This document shows positions 36,963 through 50,301 of a DNA stretch of 57,405 nucleotides, in pieces. The position numbers and the translations under genes are program-made. This stretch comes from Peribolospora baueri (lineage: Eukaryota). Numbering within the stretch: the first letter of the stretch is position 1; every line of letters begins with the position of its first letter. The DNA lies in contig JAMDHS010000015.1 in the NCBI GenBank assembly GCA_029717555.1, positions 248,001-305,405 of the forward strand, in the 5' to 3' direction. Under the pieces are notes generated by a model. It had not been told where the DNA came from. It worked only from the letters and a program-made list of their open reading frames with translations, and did no database searches.

Positions 36963-37573
36963 ATCAGAGAGACGAGCAAGAGTAAGCCCCATTGTGTTAC
37001 AGTCACGCTACGCTCTCGAGAGGCGTAGACGTGACCGCGAAGCGCATGACTGTCGGCTATGACGAACGTAAATATGCGCGCCCGCGGTTCCCTAGTCGTG
37101 AAGACCGGGATCCACCAGCATATCTGTCACCTCGGGAGGACTCCTATCTTCGTCGCTCAACCTTGGCTGCCCTCGAAAGACAAGACGGATACGTGGGCTC
37201 GGCAGGCGAGCGAAGGATGGGCACCGCTGGTGAGGCACGCGACTCGCCTGTGAAGGGGTGCCGAGCTAAAGTCGTCCCTCAAAACGAGGGCGCACAGCAG
37301 CAGCACAAAACCCAGAACCGTTTCACTCGCCTTCCACTCCCCTCGCACGACGACCCTGCCGCACTTGGCCTCATGCTTGACGCAAGCCGCTTTCCGGCGG
37401 GACAGGGAGCGACGTGGTCGACAGAGAGAGGTCGACGAGCGAGACGAACGGCGAGCGCAGATGTCCGGGGACTTTCCCTGCAGCTGAGCTGAAGTCGAGC
37501 GAGAGAGCGAGGACGCAAACCCGTCGACCTGTGTGGTGAGCTGCGAAAGCGCTCCTTTGCTCGTCTCTCTGAT
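36963..37573 (-). ncRNA. NME1: RNase MRP RNA (~611 nt)
   Basis: Perfect 17-bp P1 (37557-37573 with 36963-36979). CR-I GAAAGTCCCC (37467-37476) and CR-V ACAATGGGGCTTACT (36981-36995) form P4. P2 GGAGCGC/GCGCTTC is preceded by CR-IV AGTCA. P3 with internal loop (GCAGCT..AGGTCGA / TCGACTT..AGCTGC), a GAAAG-capped P8-like hairpin (~37387-37400) and a P19 hairpin (~37002-37035) are also present. Confidence 0.92.
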
Positions 37574-37663
37574 GGAGGGAAGAAAGAAGGAAGAAAGAGG
37601 AAGAAAGCGCGAGCAGAAATATTCGCGCACTCTCGACAAGCGTGGGAATTGTTCCTAAGCCAA

Positions 37664-37691
37664 GTCACGTGTACAAAATGTTTGTCACGTG
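37664..37691. promoter_or_regulatory. Tandem GTCACGTG motifs in the bidirectional RNase MRP / VPS4 promoter
   Basis: GTCACGTG at 37664-37671 and 37684-37691, about 90 nt from the MRP 5' end and about 185 nt from the VPS4 ATG. Confidence 0.55.
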
Positions 37692-37875
37692 GAGATTTAG
37701 CTGCGGCTCCAGATCTTGGCGAGTTCCAATGGTAAGCCGGTTCGTGTTGTCAAGGCTCTCTCGCCCACCTCACCATTATACTCCACCGCGCCCGCACCTC
37801 GGCGTCGCCTTCGCCTTTTCAACCCGTGCAACATACCCACGACGATTGAGCAGCACTGGACTGCCGCCACCCGCC

Positions 37876-40150
<2,275 letters not shown>

Positions 40151-40605
40151 GGCCGCGAGGATCCTGAGGCGCCGCTGCGATCCGAGCACGGCGCGTTGCG
40201 CGAGTCCTTTATGTAGGAGTGGGTCGTGTCTGGCGTTTACAAGCCTGCGCATACGCTTCTTCCATGGTCATATATACCCCGGGCCCGAGCGCCCGAGCGG
40301 TGTCGCTGGGAATTTGTCATTTTCCCCTTCGGGCTTTGCATTGTGCGTTATTTCGGGTGTAAGTACGGGGATACTATAGCCATCCATCGCAGTTCAGGAG
40401 AAGGACTGAGTGGAATGTATGTACGCATCGTCTGAAGCAGTGAGGGAGGTGAGCGTCTACTGCAGACCTCGCTCACACGACCTGGCGTCGCGACCACTGT
40501 GGCTGTCCGCCACGTGCGCCGATCGAGCCACAGGACGATCGAGTCGGGCAACGAACGGATTTCTTTCCCCACACCGTCATCCTCTTGCATATCTTTCCCG
40601 CTGCT

Positions 40606-42517
40606 ATGGGCGCTGAGAGCGACAAGTCTCTATCGGGCGAGAAGGTGGACTACGACGACGGTGGCGCTCGCGGCGTCACGCTGGTCGTCGTGCCCGGAAC
40701 ACAGGCACACCAGGTAGGACTCGCGAGGGGACCCGGGACAAGGGACGGCGGACATAGGGTAGGCACGATCCTCGCTGACCTGGTCGTCTCTCCTTCCTCG
40801 CCCTCGCACACAGCTCTCAGACGGAAGGCTAGTCGAGCTTGCTTGCGGAGACCTTCGCGTCGACGCCGTGTCCGTCGATCTCGAGTCGTCGTCGTCATCG
40901 TCGTCGTCATCGCCGTCATCGGCAGCAGCAGCAGCAGCAGCGCCCGGCGATGCACCGCCACCTTACACCTCCCCACCCTCGTCCGATCTCTGGCTGGTTC
41001 TTACGATAGGCCCTCCAGAAGAGAATTACACCTTCCCCTTGCCCCCCACTGCTTCGGTCAAATCATCCCAAGACGCGAGCGGTGCGAGAATGTACTTCTT
41101 CCCTACCGACGCGCAGGGAGCGCCGATGCGATTGACATTGCGCCGCCCGGATAGGTGCGGAGAGGAGTATGCAGATGCGGTGGACACGTTCGAATTGATG
41201 CTCAGCCAGTTTGCCACCTTGCACGACCCTGCGCGGCCGTCTGGTGAGACGGATGAGGAGGAGGGAGATCGAGGCACGGTGCTGTTGGTCGACGAGGCGG
41301 ACGGGACGGTGATCGGCACCTTGGCGACGGATGACATTCGCGTCGAGGAAGACCCTTCTCTGTGGGCACCTGGTCGGGAGAAGGACCCCGTGGCATTGGA
41401 CCTGTCCACTCCCAGCAGACCTACGACGCCTACTCCGTTCACCGGTGGCGGTCGCGGCGGAACCCGTTTGAGGGTGGCACCGCTGGACGTTTCTCAGTAC
41501 CAGAACGACCGCCTCCTCACGGCTTCAGCATACGTATCCCGCGGCGTCGTCGCCGGCGCTTCGTTGATTGGCTCGTCGATGAAGTCGGCCGCCCGAGCGA
41601 TCAACGGGCGATCCATGCCCGCCAGCACAGGGTCCACGCATGTGACCGCTCCGGACGGCGAGGACGGCAAAGGCAAAGACAACGGCAAAGGCAAAGGCAA
41701 AGACGACGACGGAATCCGCGACACGGACGGACCTTCTGCTCCTTCTACGTCCGGGCGAACGGCGCTTCGCTTCAAGCCGTCGACGCGAGCCCGCGTTCGA
41801 CAAGTGCATCAATTCTCGGGACAGGCCGTGAAAGTGTCGGCTTCGACCACGCAGGCAATCTTATCCCTGGCTTCTCGACTTGGCTCGACGGTCGGTCAAA
41901 AGGCGGGAATTCAGCGGCCCGCCGGGGAGCAGCCAAAGGGCTTGCGACGACATGTGAACCGCGGTCTGATCGCCTTCAACGTGTTGGCAGAAGGGGTGGA
42001 GCAGGGCGTAGCGACGCTAGTCAATGATGGCGCGGACGCCATCGGCTCCGTCGTGGAACATAGGTACGGCACGGAGGCGAGGAATATGAGCGAGGCCGTC
42101 ACGGGCATTGGCAGGAGCTGCGTGCTGATCTACAAAGACTTTGTGAGTCGTTCCCGTCCATCCTCCGTCACGGGCTGTCGTCGGGACGAGGCTCACTCCG
42201 CCCACTATGTCCACCATATTCCCATTCGGATCTCATCCCTCTCTTCTTCCTGTCTATGCCATCTATCTATTCTGACCCAGATGGGCGTGAGACGCCGGGC
42301 GCTGCTGAAAGTTGCCGGAGGGACGGTCAAAGCTCGGCTGGACGACGGAAGGGTGGTGACGCTCGGTTCCGTCGACCCCGCCGCGTCGACGGTCATGGTG
42401 GGCGCTACGGGGGCGGGAGCGTCAGCGGCTGGGTCATCGTCGTCGTCGTCGACCTCGTTGGGGGAGAAGACCACGCCCGACGGTCCTCCGGCATTGCCCC
42501 CACGCAAGCGTAATTGA
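40606..42517 (+). CDS. Spartin-like senescence-domain protein (no MIT domain), 3 exons
   Basis: PPPY motif, VLLVDEADGTVIGTL and senescence-domain pattern ASAYVSRGVVAGA...VHQFSGQAVKVS...EHRYGTEA...GVRRRALLK. Introns ~40712-40813 and ~42143-42280. Confidence 0.75.
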
Positions 42518-42891
42518 CTTTGTCTGCATCGCTGAGCACGAGAAGGGCGAGTGTGGGTAGAACAGCGAGCGGCCCCTCGAAGCTCGTCGACGTCTTCCTT
42601 TGTTTGGACCGATGCGTGGGCGGAACTGCATGGACGGGACACGTGCGATACTGTATCATGCCTGCATCATCCATGACGAGGTGACGGAATTTCAGTTTAG
42701 CGCGGTCGGTAGGGATCGAACCGTTGTCGTTCTCGTTCCCCTGCTCGGACGAGGACGGGTTGAAAGACATTGCTCTCGTTTGTGTTTCGCTACGTTCAGA
42801 GCTACTCGTACATCGTACGGCAGAGAGTATCTACTACCATGGCGCTCACGCACCGAGCGCCAACTCGACAAGTGGAGACGGGTCTGGAGTT

Positions 42892-43500
42892 TCACTGCTT
42901 CATCTTCTGCGCCGCCTCGTCCGCTTTCTCGCTCGCCTTTTCCTTGGACTTGTCCGCCTGGGCCCTACCCTCGGCGGCAGTCTGGCGTGCGCCCTCCTTG
43001 GTCTTGGCGGCGGCTTCCTTTGTCTTGGCGGTGGCTTCCTCGCCTTTGTCGATCGCCGACGCGATCGTCTGACCTACTTTCTTGTTCACCTGAGGAATTG
43101 GACAGGGCGCGCGGGGAGGGGCAAAGCAGGGCAGGGGAGGGCGAGGAGGGGGCCATTGGAAGGGGAGAGCGGGGTTTGAATCATCAGCGATCAGGGACGT
43201 TCCTGCTCCGTTGCATGCCAACGAGCGAGCGAGCTCCCCAGAAACAAGTCATCTGCCATCCTCGGTCTCCAGTGATCAACCACCGATCGACCGACCGGCC
43301 GGCCGACGAGGCTTGAACGCGCGGGCTGGACTCACCGAATCAGCCGTGTCCTTGACGCTCTGGGTCATCGTCTTGCTCCTGTTCGCGCTCGCCGAGAACG
43401 CCCGCACGGAGACGGAGGCGCGGCTCGGGGCGGCGGAGCGGAGATGGAGGGAGGCGATGGCCGCGGTGCGTGATGCGGCGGCGAGGCGAGCAAAGAACAT
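42892..43500 (-). CDS. Small LEA-like protein with mitochondrial-type presequence, 2 exons
   Basis: MFFARLAAASRTAA...VRAFSASANRSKT...VKDTADS|VNKKVGQTIASAIDKGEEATAKTKEAA...; Ala/Lys/Glu-rich repeats. Confidence 0.75.
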
Positions 43501-44119
43501 GGTGGGCAGGTTGGGGGTTGGTAGGCGGTTGGTGATTCGAGCTCGAGCTGGTGACGAATGAACGGATTGAGGGGGAAGGGGACGAAGACGGAGGACGCCG
43601 ACGATCTTAAGCAGCAGTCGCCGGGCCATTGTCGTCGACGTCGTGCGTCATCATGGTCGACATCGATCGATGTCGATCGTCCAATGGATGAGCAGCGGCT
43701 GGATCGCGATACCGTCCGTGGCTTAGGCCGTATCCGTGGCCGTGGCCGTGGCCGTGTATCGCAACTGGACTTTATTGTGTCACCGTAGCATCTCTCCCTC
43801 TGCACCGTGCATGGCGTTCGACGTCACACACGTACGCACTCCCCCCATGTCCGCCGTTTCCCTCGTCTCATCCATCCCACCTCGACCGTCGGTCGTCATC
43901 CCGGCGTTTTTCTCGATCACATGCATCGACCGAAACAACCGTCGGTGTTCGGTTCCTCCGCAAGCTGATCGGCACGTGATGCCAAGGATTGCTGCGGCGA
44001 GCGAGAATCAGCTCAGCAAGAACGATGCGAAAGCGGCGTGGGCAGGAAAATGAGGTTACGCCTGTTGAGCGAAAGCGTCCCTGCCTTCGCAAGCTTGGTC
44101 AACACTCGCCGGAAGCTCG

Positions 44120-45247
44120 ATGGGCCGGTGGGACAAGCATTGGGTGGTACGCAGAGCCGCACGTGCCGTAGACCAGGTTGCTCGGCCTCTGTTCTATACG
44201 TCCTCCACGGTCCACGCCTCTTCGTTTCCCTATCCCTTTGCCCGCGCCTTCTCTCCTTGTCCATGTTTTCACGCCTCGCGCGTTGACCGGCACGTCGACC
44301 GGCGCCTCTCCTCCACCTCTGCTCACGCCACCTCCCGCGCCCGGCCCAGCTCCCCGTCGTCCGTGTCTCGCGGAACGACGTACGAGCACCACGCCCTCCG
44401 CTTCCTCTCCTCTTTCTTGCACATGGATCTGGAGCACGTCGGAGGGAAACACGACAGGGGCGTCGATCTCAGAGGGTGGTGGTGGGTGCCTCTGCCCTTG
44501 CGACAGGGAACGGCCGTGCCGGACGGAAAGGACCGGGTCTCCTCCTCGGAGCCCACGTCGCCATCTAGCGCCCCATCATCGCCGCAAACCGAACGCCCGT
44601 CGTTTGCGACGCCCACCCCACCACCATGGTCCCGCATCCGCGTCATCGCTCAGTGCAAGGCGGAGCGCAAGCCAGTCGGCCCGGCGTACGTACGCGAATG
44701 GGAGGGCGTGCTCCACCGTCATCAGTCCGCCTCCGGCGGCGACGGAGCAGTGAGAATGTCGGTCATGGCGCCGTCGACGACTTTGGCCGGCGTCATGCTC
44801 TCCTCTTCCGGGTTCTCCAAGGCCGCGCTCTTGCACGCTCGCAGCTCTCCGCTGCCCATGATGCTCGTGCATTTGGAGTATCCTTATGATCTCGACGGCC
44901 TTGCGGCGGAGGGCGAGGAGGAGGAGGAGCGGCGGAGGGAGGATGTAGGCTCCTCCTCCCTGGCTGCGGAGGGCGAGCGCGAACCGGGCGACTCTGCGGC
45001 TCCACCGATGCATATGGCCGGGGCGATATGGAATGATGCGCTGGCGGGGAAGAGGGGAGTGTTTGGGGGCAGGGCGGAGCTGTGCTGGGAGAGAGCTCTG
45101 TCCTCTCCGTCTCCTTCTCCTTCTCCTTCTCCTTCCTCGCCTCGGGAAAGCGACGGGGGCGGAGCGGGAGCCGGTGGGATACGTCGAGACAGACCAGTGA
45201 TGTACTTTGATGGGAAGAGGTTGCAAGCCAGAAAGAGTAGCCCCTGA
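44120..45247 (+). CDS. RRG7: Rrg7 / DUF2034 restriction-endonuclease-like (Mrr-type PD-(D/E)xK fold) putative mitochondrial protein, intronless
   Basis: GTTYE...L.HVGGKHDRGVDLRGWW...IAQCKA...GPAYVREWEG...SSSGFSKAA...SSPLPM. The start codon is not certain. Confidence 0.85.
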   Translation: MGRWDKHWVVRRAARAVDQVARPLFYTSSTVHASSFPYPFARAFSPCPCFHASRVDRHVDRRLSSTSAHATSRARPSSPSSVSRGTTYEHHALRFLSSFLHMDLEHVGGKHDRGVDLRGWWWVPLPLRQGTAVPDGKDRVSSSEPTSPSSAPSSPQTERPSFATPTPPPWSRIRVIAQCKAERKPVGPAYVREWEGVLHRHQSASGGDGAVRMSVMAPSTTLAGVMLSSSGFSKAALLHARSSPLPMMLVHLEYPYDLDGLAAEGEEEEERRREDVGSSSLAAEGEREPGDSAAPPMHMAGAIWNDALAGKRGVFGGRAELCWERALSSPSPSPSPSPSSPRESDGGGAGAGGIRRDRPVMYFDGKRLQARKSSP

Positions 45248-45882
45248 TCTGGCGGGCCGTCGTGTGATTTGTTTTTCCGCCATCGCCTCCTCCTCGTCGA
45301 TCTTCAGACGTCAGTCAGTGCGCACGGACTCGCTCAGCGCATCATTGCCGCAGCAGGAATAAATAGTCCGAGGTGCCCCTATCCTCGTCCACCTCGTTCC
45401 TACTCGCCTCTCCTCCCTCCTTCTCACCACTTGGCCCCCTCCCCCCTTTGCCCATTTTGTCCGTCCCCTTCTCTTTTGCTTCTCACTTGCATCTCTGCTG
45501 CTCACGACCTTCTGACGACTTGGTGAGCAGGTTGTCGTTTATGTGCGTCGCTTGCCCATCGCTGCCAACTGATCGGACGTCGTCCTTGGTGTTTTTGGGG
45601 GGCGTTCTTGTCTCCTCTTCCCTCGTCGCTCGCTTACTACCCCAGACGACCCTTCTGACGATATTCGATACCACAGAGACTGGAACCCATTCTCGCGTCT
45701 TATATATCTCATACTTCCGACATTCTCAGCTCGTTCCTAGCCATCTTTGACGACCCCTCACGACCGTGACGAACAGAACCGCCTCGCCGGCTCCTGCGAA
45801 ACCAGAAGCAGCAATCCGCCAGATCGTCAGAAAAGAAAAAAAAAAGCACAGAGTCGAACCCGACCCCGACCGAGCAAAAGGT

Positions 45883-48800
45883 ATGACCTCACCCTATCCC
45901 CCTTCGCCCGACGCGGACGCTGCAGCCGCCTGGCGACCCACCACCCTGCACGCAATCCGCGAGAGCAGCGGCAGCATCGGCGACGACGAGTCATCCGAGT
46001 TTCGACCCCGTCCTCCGCGCAAGGCCTCGCACGGCCCTCATCACCGTCGTACCTCCAGCCTCTTGGCCGCTCAAGGAGATGACGGGGAGGGGTCGCTTGC
46101 CATACAGAAGGAGCTGCAGCATCAGCAGTCCCCTACCACTCAAGCCTGCGAGCCCCGTTTGGACGATTTCGGCTCGGTCAAAGACGCCGATTGGCTCGGT
46201 CACGTTGGTCACGGCAACTGCAGCAGGGAAGGCTCGAGCGGTAGCAACGCGTCGACGCTAGCCTCAGCCTCGGAGCTCGAATCGCCATCGACACCCGCCG
46301 ACGCATCACCCGTATTCTTCCCGACCTCAGTCCTTGGCTCGACCTTGAAAGCCGAGCCGGAGACGGTGGGCACTGCACAGACACAGACGCCGTTCAAGCT
46401 GAAGCGCATGTCGGCGCCTGTGCCCCTCGTCCGGCCTCCTTCGAGCACGCCAGCCGCGACCGCTCCTGCGCTCCCTTCGCGCTCCTTCGACGACCTCTCC
46501 TCGCCTGTTTCCGCGCCAGACTCGCCCGTCTCTACGCCCTCGCGCACGTGGAACAACACTTATCTTTCACGTTCATCGTCCATGATCACTCCTTCGCGCC
46601 GTCAGCCGGTGACCGGCCTCCAACAGTCCCCGAGTTCAGCCTCCTCTTTCCCTGGCCTTCCCTCTCCAGCAAAGCAACCCTCCGGCGATGGCACGAAGGA
46701 AGAGGGCAGCGAGAAGAGGCAAAAGGTAAAGATGCAGAGGAGCAGCACCTTGCCGACTTTCCCGCCCCATCCGAGCGTGATGGACGAGAGGGAGGAGAGG
46801 GGAAGAAAATTGAGGGAGAAGGTCGCCCAGTTACCTGTGAGTGTGTCGCCGTCCGTCCGGATGGAATTGGGGTTCGGTGGGAGAGTCGCGTGCCGAGAGG
46901 GAGAAGTTCTTAGCTTTCACCCCTCTCCGCTCGGCCATCGTCGATGATCGCAGTCCAATCCCAAGGCATGGACGCCGTCCCAAGTGGCCCTCTATCTCAC
47001 TGCCGTGCTCAACCTAGTGCCCCAGCCGATTATCGACGATGTGACCCGCTTCGTACGCTCCTCCGTCATGGGCGGTCGCACCTTTCTCCGCCTCCGCGAA
47101 GAGGATCTCGTGGATCACGGTCTCAACTCCAAGTGGCGCAAGCTTATGATGGACGCCGTGCGTAGGTTGCGCAAGGACTGTCTCCAGGGCCGCTTGTGGG
47201 GTTTCGGCGGCGGGGAGTGGCAGCCTCGTCGTTCCGGTCCGGATGCAAACGATGGCGTGGAAGGCGACGTCCTCCCGGAAACTACCGGGGAGAGCGAGGG
47301 GGAGCGCAGGTCGGAAGCCAAATCCCGCGTGCAGGCAGACAAGGAGAGGCGCGTCCGCAGGATGGTCCACGCCATCGAGCGGGCCGAGGTGCACGGCGCG
47401 GCGGGCGTGGACGTGCGCGAGCGCGAGGACGAGGTGATCGTTAGCTTTGGCCCCATCTATGGCGACGGCTTCGTCCGTCGTCGCGCAATGAGCTTCAGCG
47501 CAAGCGAGAACGAGAGCGAGAGCGAGGCCGGATCCCAGGTCGGCACACCACGCCGCCGTCATCGACGCGCGGACAGTGAGAGCGGCGGCGGGCACGCGAG
47601 CGACGTTAGCAGCTTGTGCGAGTCGGACCTGCTAGGCTTCGGCGATGACGACTATTCGAGTGCCAGCGCCAGCGACGCTCTGACGGACGACGACGGCGAC
47701 GACGATGCCGCCTTGTCTACCTCGCACACCCGTTCCGAGAGCCTGGACAGCAGCCTCGCCGACGTTACGATTGGCGAAGAGCCTTCGATGCTCCCTCACG
47801 GCCAGATCGATCTGCTCGACTACCGTGGAGGGGCTGGGATTAGGCTCGGCCGTCACGGTCGCCATGCGTCGAATAGCAGTTCCTCCTCGTCAGCCGATTT
47901 CGACCCTTTCGGTCCTCAACCTTCATACAACGTCATCGCCGACTTCCACTCGTCGGTGGTGGAGAAGGAGGAGGTTGGCGAAGAAGATCGGTTCGGCACA
48001 GCCCGTCGTCGTCGGAAGAACGCTACGAATGCTTCTGCTGGCAGCCAGGAAGCGGGAGCGGCAGCAGCCGCTGAGACGGCCGCAGAGGCAGACGACGAGG
48101 CGCATACGACGCTCAAGGCCCGCGAGCCCCCGCGTCCTTCCGCCTCTTCCATCTTCAACGCTCCGCCGGAGCGCGTCGTCGCCGGTATCGGAAATGGCGA
48201 ATTGTCCGCACAGAAGATTTCGTCGAGGTCCAGAGAAGCGGTGGAGGAAAACTGGGAGAGCGTGATCATGGAGCGTCCCGAAGCGGAGAGTCTTGATCTC
48301 TATGGGACGTTGAGGGGGAGCGGGGTCGTTTCCAACAACAACAGCAAGAGCCCGTCCCTGCTTGAGTCGCGCGCTCAGGATAAGAAAGGTGGTTCCGTCG
48401 GAACGATGGGTAAGCGCAAGGGCGGTGGTGGCCTCGCGGCGGCCTCTCGCTCCGTAGGACCCTCGTTTGCGGCTTCGAAGGAGGTCGAGGTGGAGCTCAA
48501 CCCGGACCGGCCGTTCGGCACGATCAGCAAGGGCAGCCTGCGCCACATGCGCGAGGGACGTCGCAAGGCCGTGCTGGCCGTGTTCGAGCACCTCGACAAG
48601 CGGCAGGCGGAGAGCGCGGAGGAGGAGAAGAGGGAGAGGGAGGCGAGGCTGCGAAGGGTGAGGGAAGAGGAGGAGAAGGAGAGGATGGAGGTAACGGCGG
48701 AGGAGGATGCGCTCGTGAAGGAGACCGAGACAGAGTCGGGTGATGTCGCTGGGAAGAGTGGGGGAGGCGAGGAGGAAGGTGGGAGGAGTGAACGAGGCGA

Positions 48801-49491
48801 GGAGGGTGGTGGGAAGGACGAGGAGCAGGACGAGGAACAGGAAGCCATCGCAGCCCTCGCATCCGCTCTGGGCAACTCGTCGTCGCCGTCGTCGTCTGTC
48901 CGCCTGCGCCGCTCGCTCGGCCGCAAAGACACGTCGTCGCCTTCGCCAGACCTGTCCGACATGACGCTCGTCTCCCGCTCCCGGCTCATGGCTCTTCAGG
49001 CCCGGATGCGCGAGATCGAGACCCGCTTGGCTGATATGGAGGCGGCCGCCGAGCGCCGTGAGGCGATGAGGCGTGAACACGATCGCAACGCCGTTGGTGC
49101 CCACGAGGAGGAAGAGAAACGGGAGAAGGTGAGGCTGGAGAAGGAAGCGGTGGAGGTAGCGGCCGAGGCGAGGCAGATCGTCGTCAGCGAGAAGAAGACA
49201 GGTTCGTTGAGGATGCGTAGGACCAAGGCCGACTCGGCCACCCAGACAGAGCCGTCGGCCTCGTCGACGACCGCCACCGACGTCCGGGTCGACACGGCAG
49301 CGAAGGTCGACGCGGCGGACTGGGACGCGGAGAGTGCGGACACCGACTCCATGCTCGAAAGTCTTGGCTTCGGCTTCGGCGTCCCGCGGCTGCGCGACAT
49401 GCCGTTCTACTTGGCCGGCGTCGGTCTCGGCGTGGGCCTGTTGGTCTGCGAGATTCTTATATCCAGGGCCGCGAGTTTGGCGCGGCATTGA
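45883..49491 (+). CDS. Uncharacterised SAM-domain protein with coiled coils and C-terminal transmembrane segment, 2 exons
   Basis: Intron 46837-46953 yields LP|SNPKAWTPSQVALYL...FVRSSVMGGRTFLRLREEDLVDHGLN (SAM-like). C-terminal FYLAGVGLGVGLLVCEILI. Confidence 0.7.
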
Positions 49492-50301
49492 CCTTGCGAG
49501 GGCTGAGCTGTGCCGCGCTGCGCTGGGTTGAAGAAGAAGGATGTAGCGATACCCCTCGTCTTTTTCTATCCTTTCATCGTGTTGCACCCGCCCCCTTTCA
49601 TTTTCTCTCTCATGGCGTAGGTGCTCCCCTGCGCCTTAGCAACGGCTGTCTTCTCACGACGTCAACCGCCGCCGTCGCCAGCCTGTATTTCCAATATCGT
49701 TTATATATCCTTCGAGCTCAACCGACGTCTTCTCCGGGCACCAGACCTTCCCAGGGAGGCCACCTCCGCCGTCCGCTTGTCTCAGGCGGACGTCCTCCGT
49801 GTCCTTTCCGCTTCGTTCCTTGTATTTTTTTTCCCCTCATGCGGTCCTCGTCTCAGTTCATCACCACCCTCGCGACGGCAAATCGCGGTAGCCATTCGAG
49901 GCCCGTCACGTCACATCTTACATCCGAGGAGGAGCCCGACGGGCGCTTTCATTTGCGCAGCGACGGCGGAGCTTCCAACTTTGATTTCTGCCGCAATGGA
50001 CCGGACCGGTCGCCTTTGTCCCAGTGACGTTCTCCCTCAACCTCTCTACAGCTCGGTAAAGGACGGTCGGGGGCGGAGAGAGGTGGTGGGCGAACGCGGC
50101 TTTGAGGTCTCTTGGGTTTTAAGACATCGCCATCCCCACGCAGCCAGCAGGCAGTGTCAGAGAGACGTCACCGTCGACGAATCAATTAGGGTCTAGAAAT
50201 ACAGCTGGAGCGGGAGCCCGAGCACCGTGCACGTCTCCAAGCGTTCCGAAGGGACTCCTTCGCGTCCTGTCCTGTCCTATCCAAGCCAAGCCAAGTCACT
50301 G

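Noticed and set aside
36992..37668. ORFs 36992-37492 (+), 37157-37639 (-) and 37279-37668 (-)
   Set aside because: No protein motifs. The region is fully explained by the RNase MRP RNA structure.
47923..49587. Long antisense or alternative-frame ORFs (also 17660-18826, 54051-55190, 56244-57215)
   Set aside because: Shadow ORFs of GC-rich coding or low-complexity sequence, with no recognisable domains.
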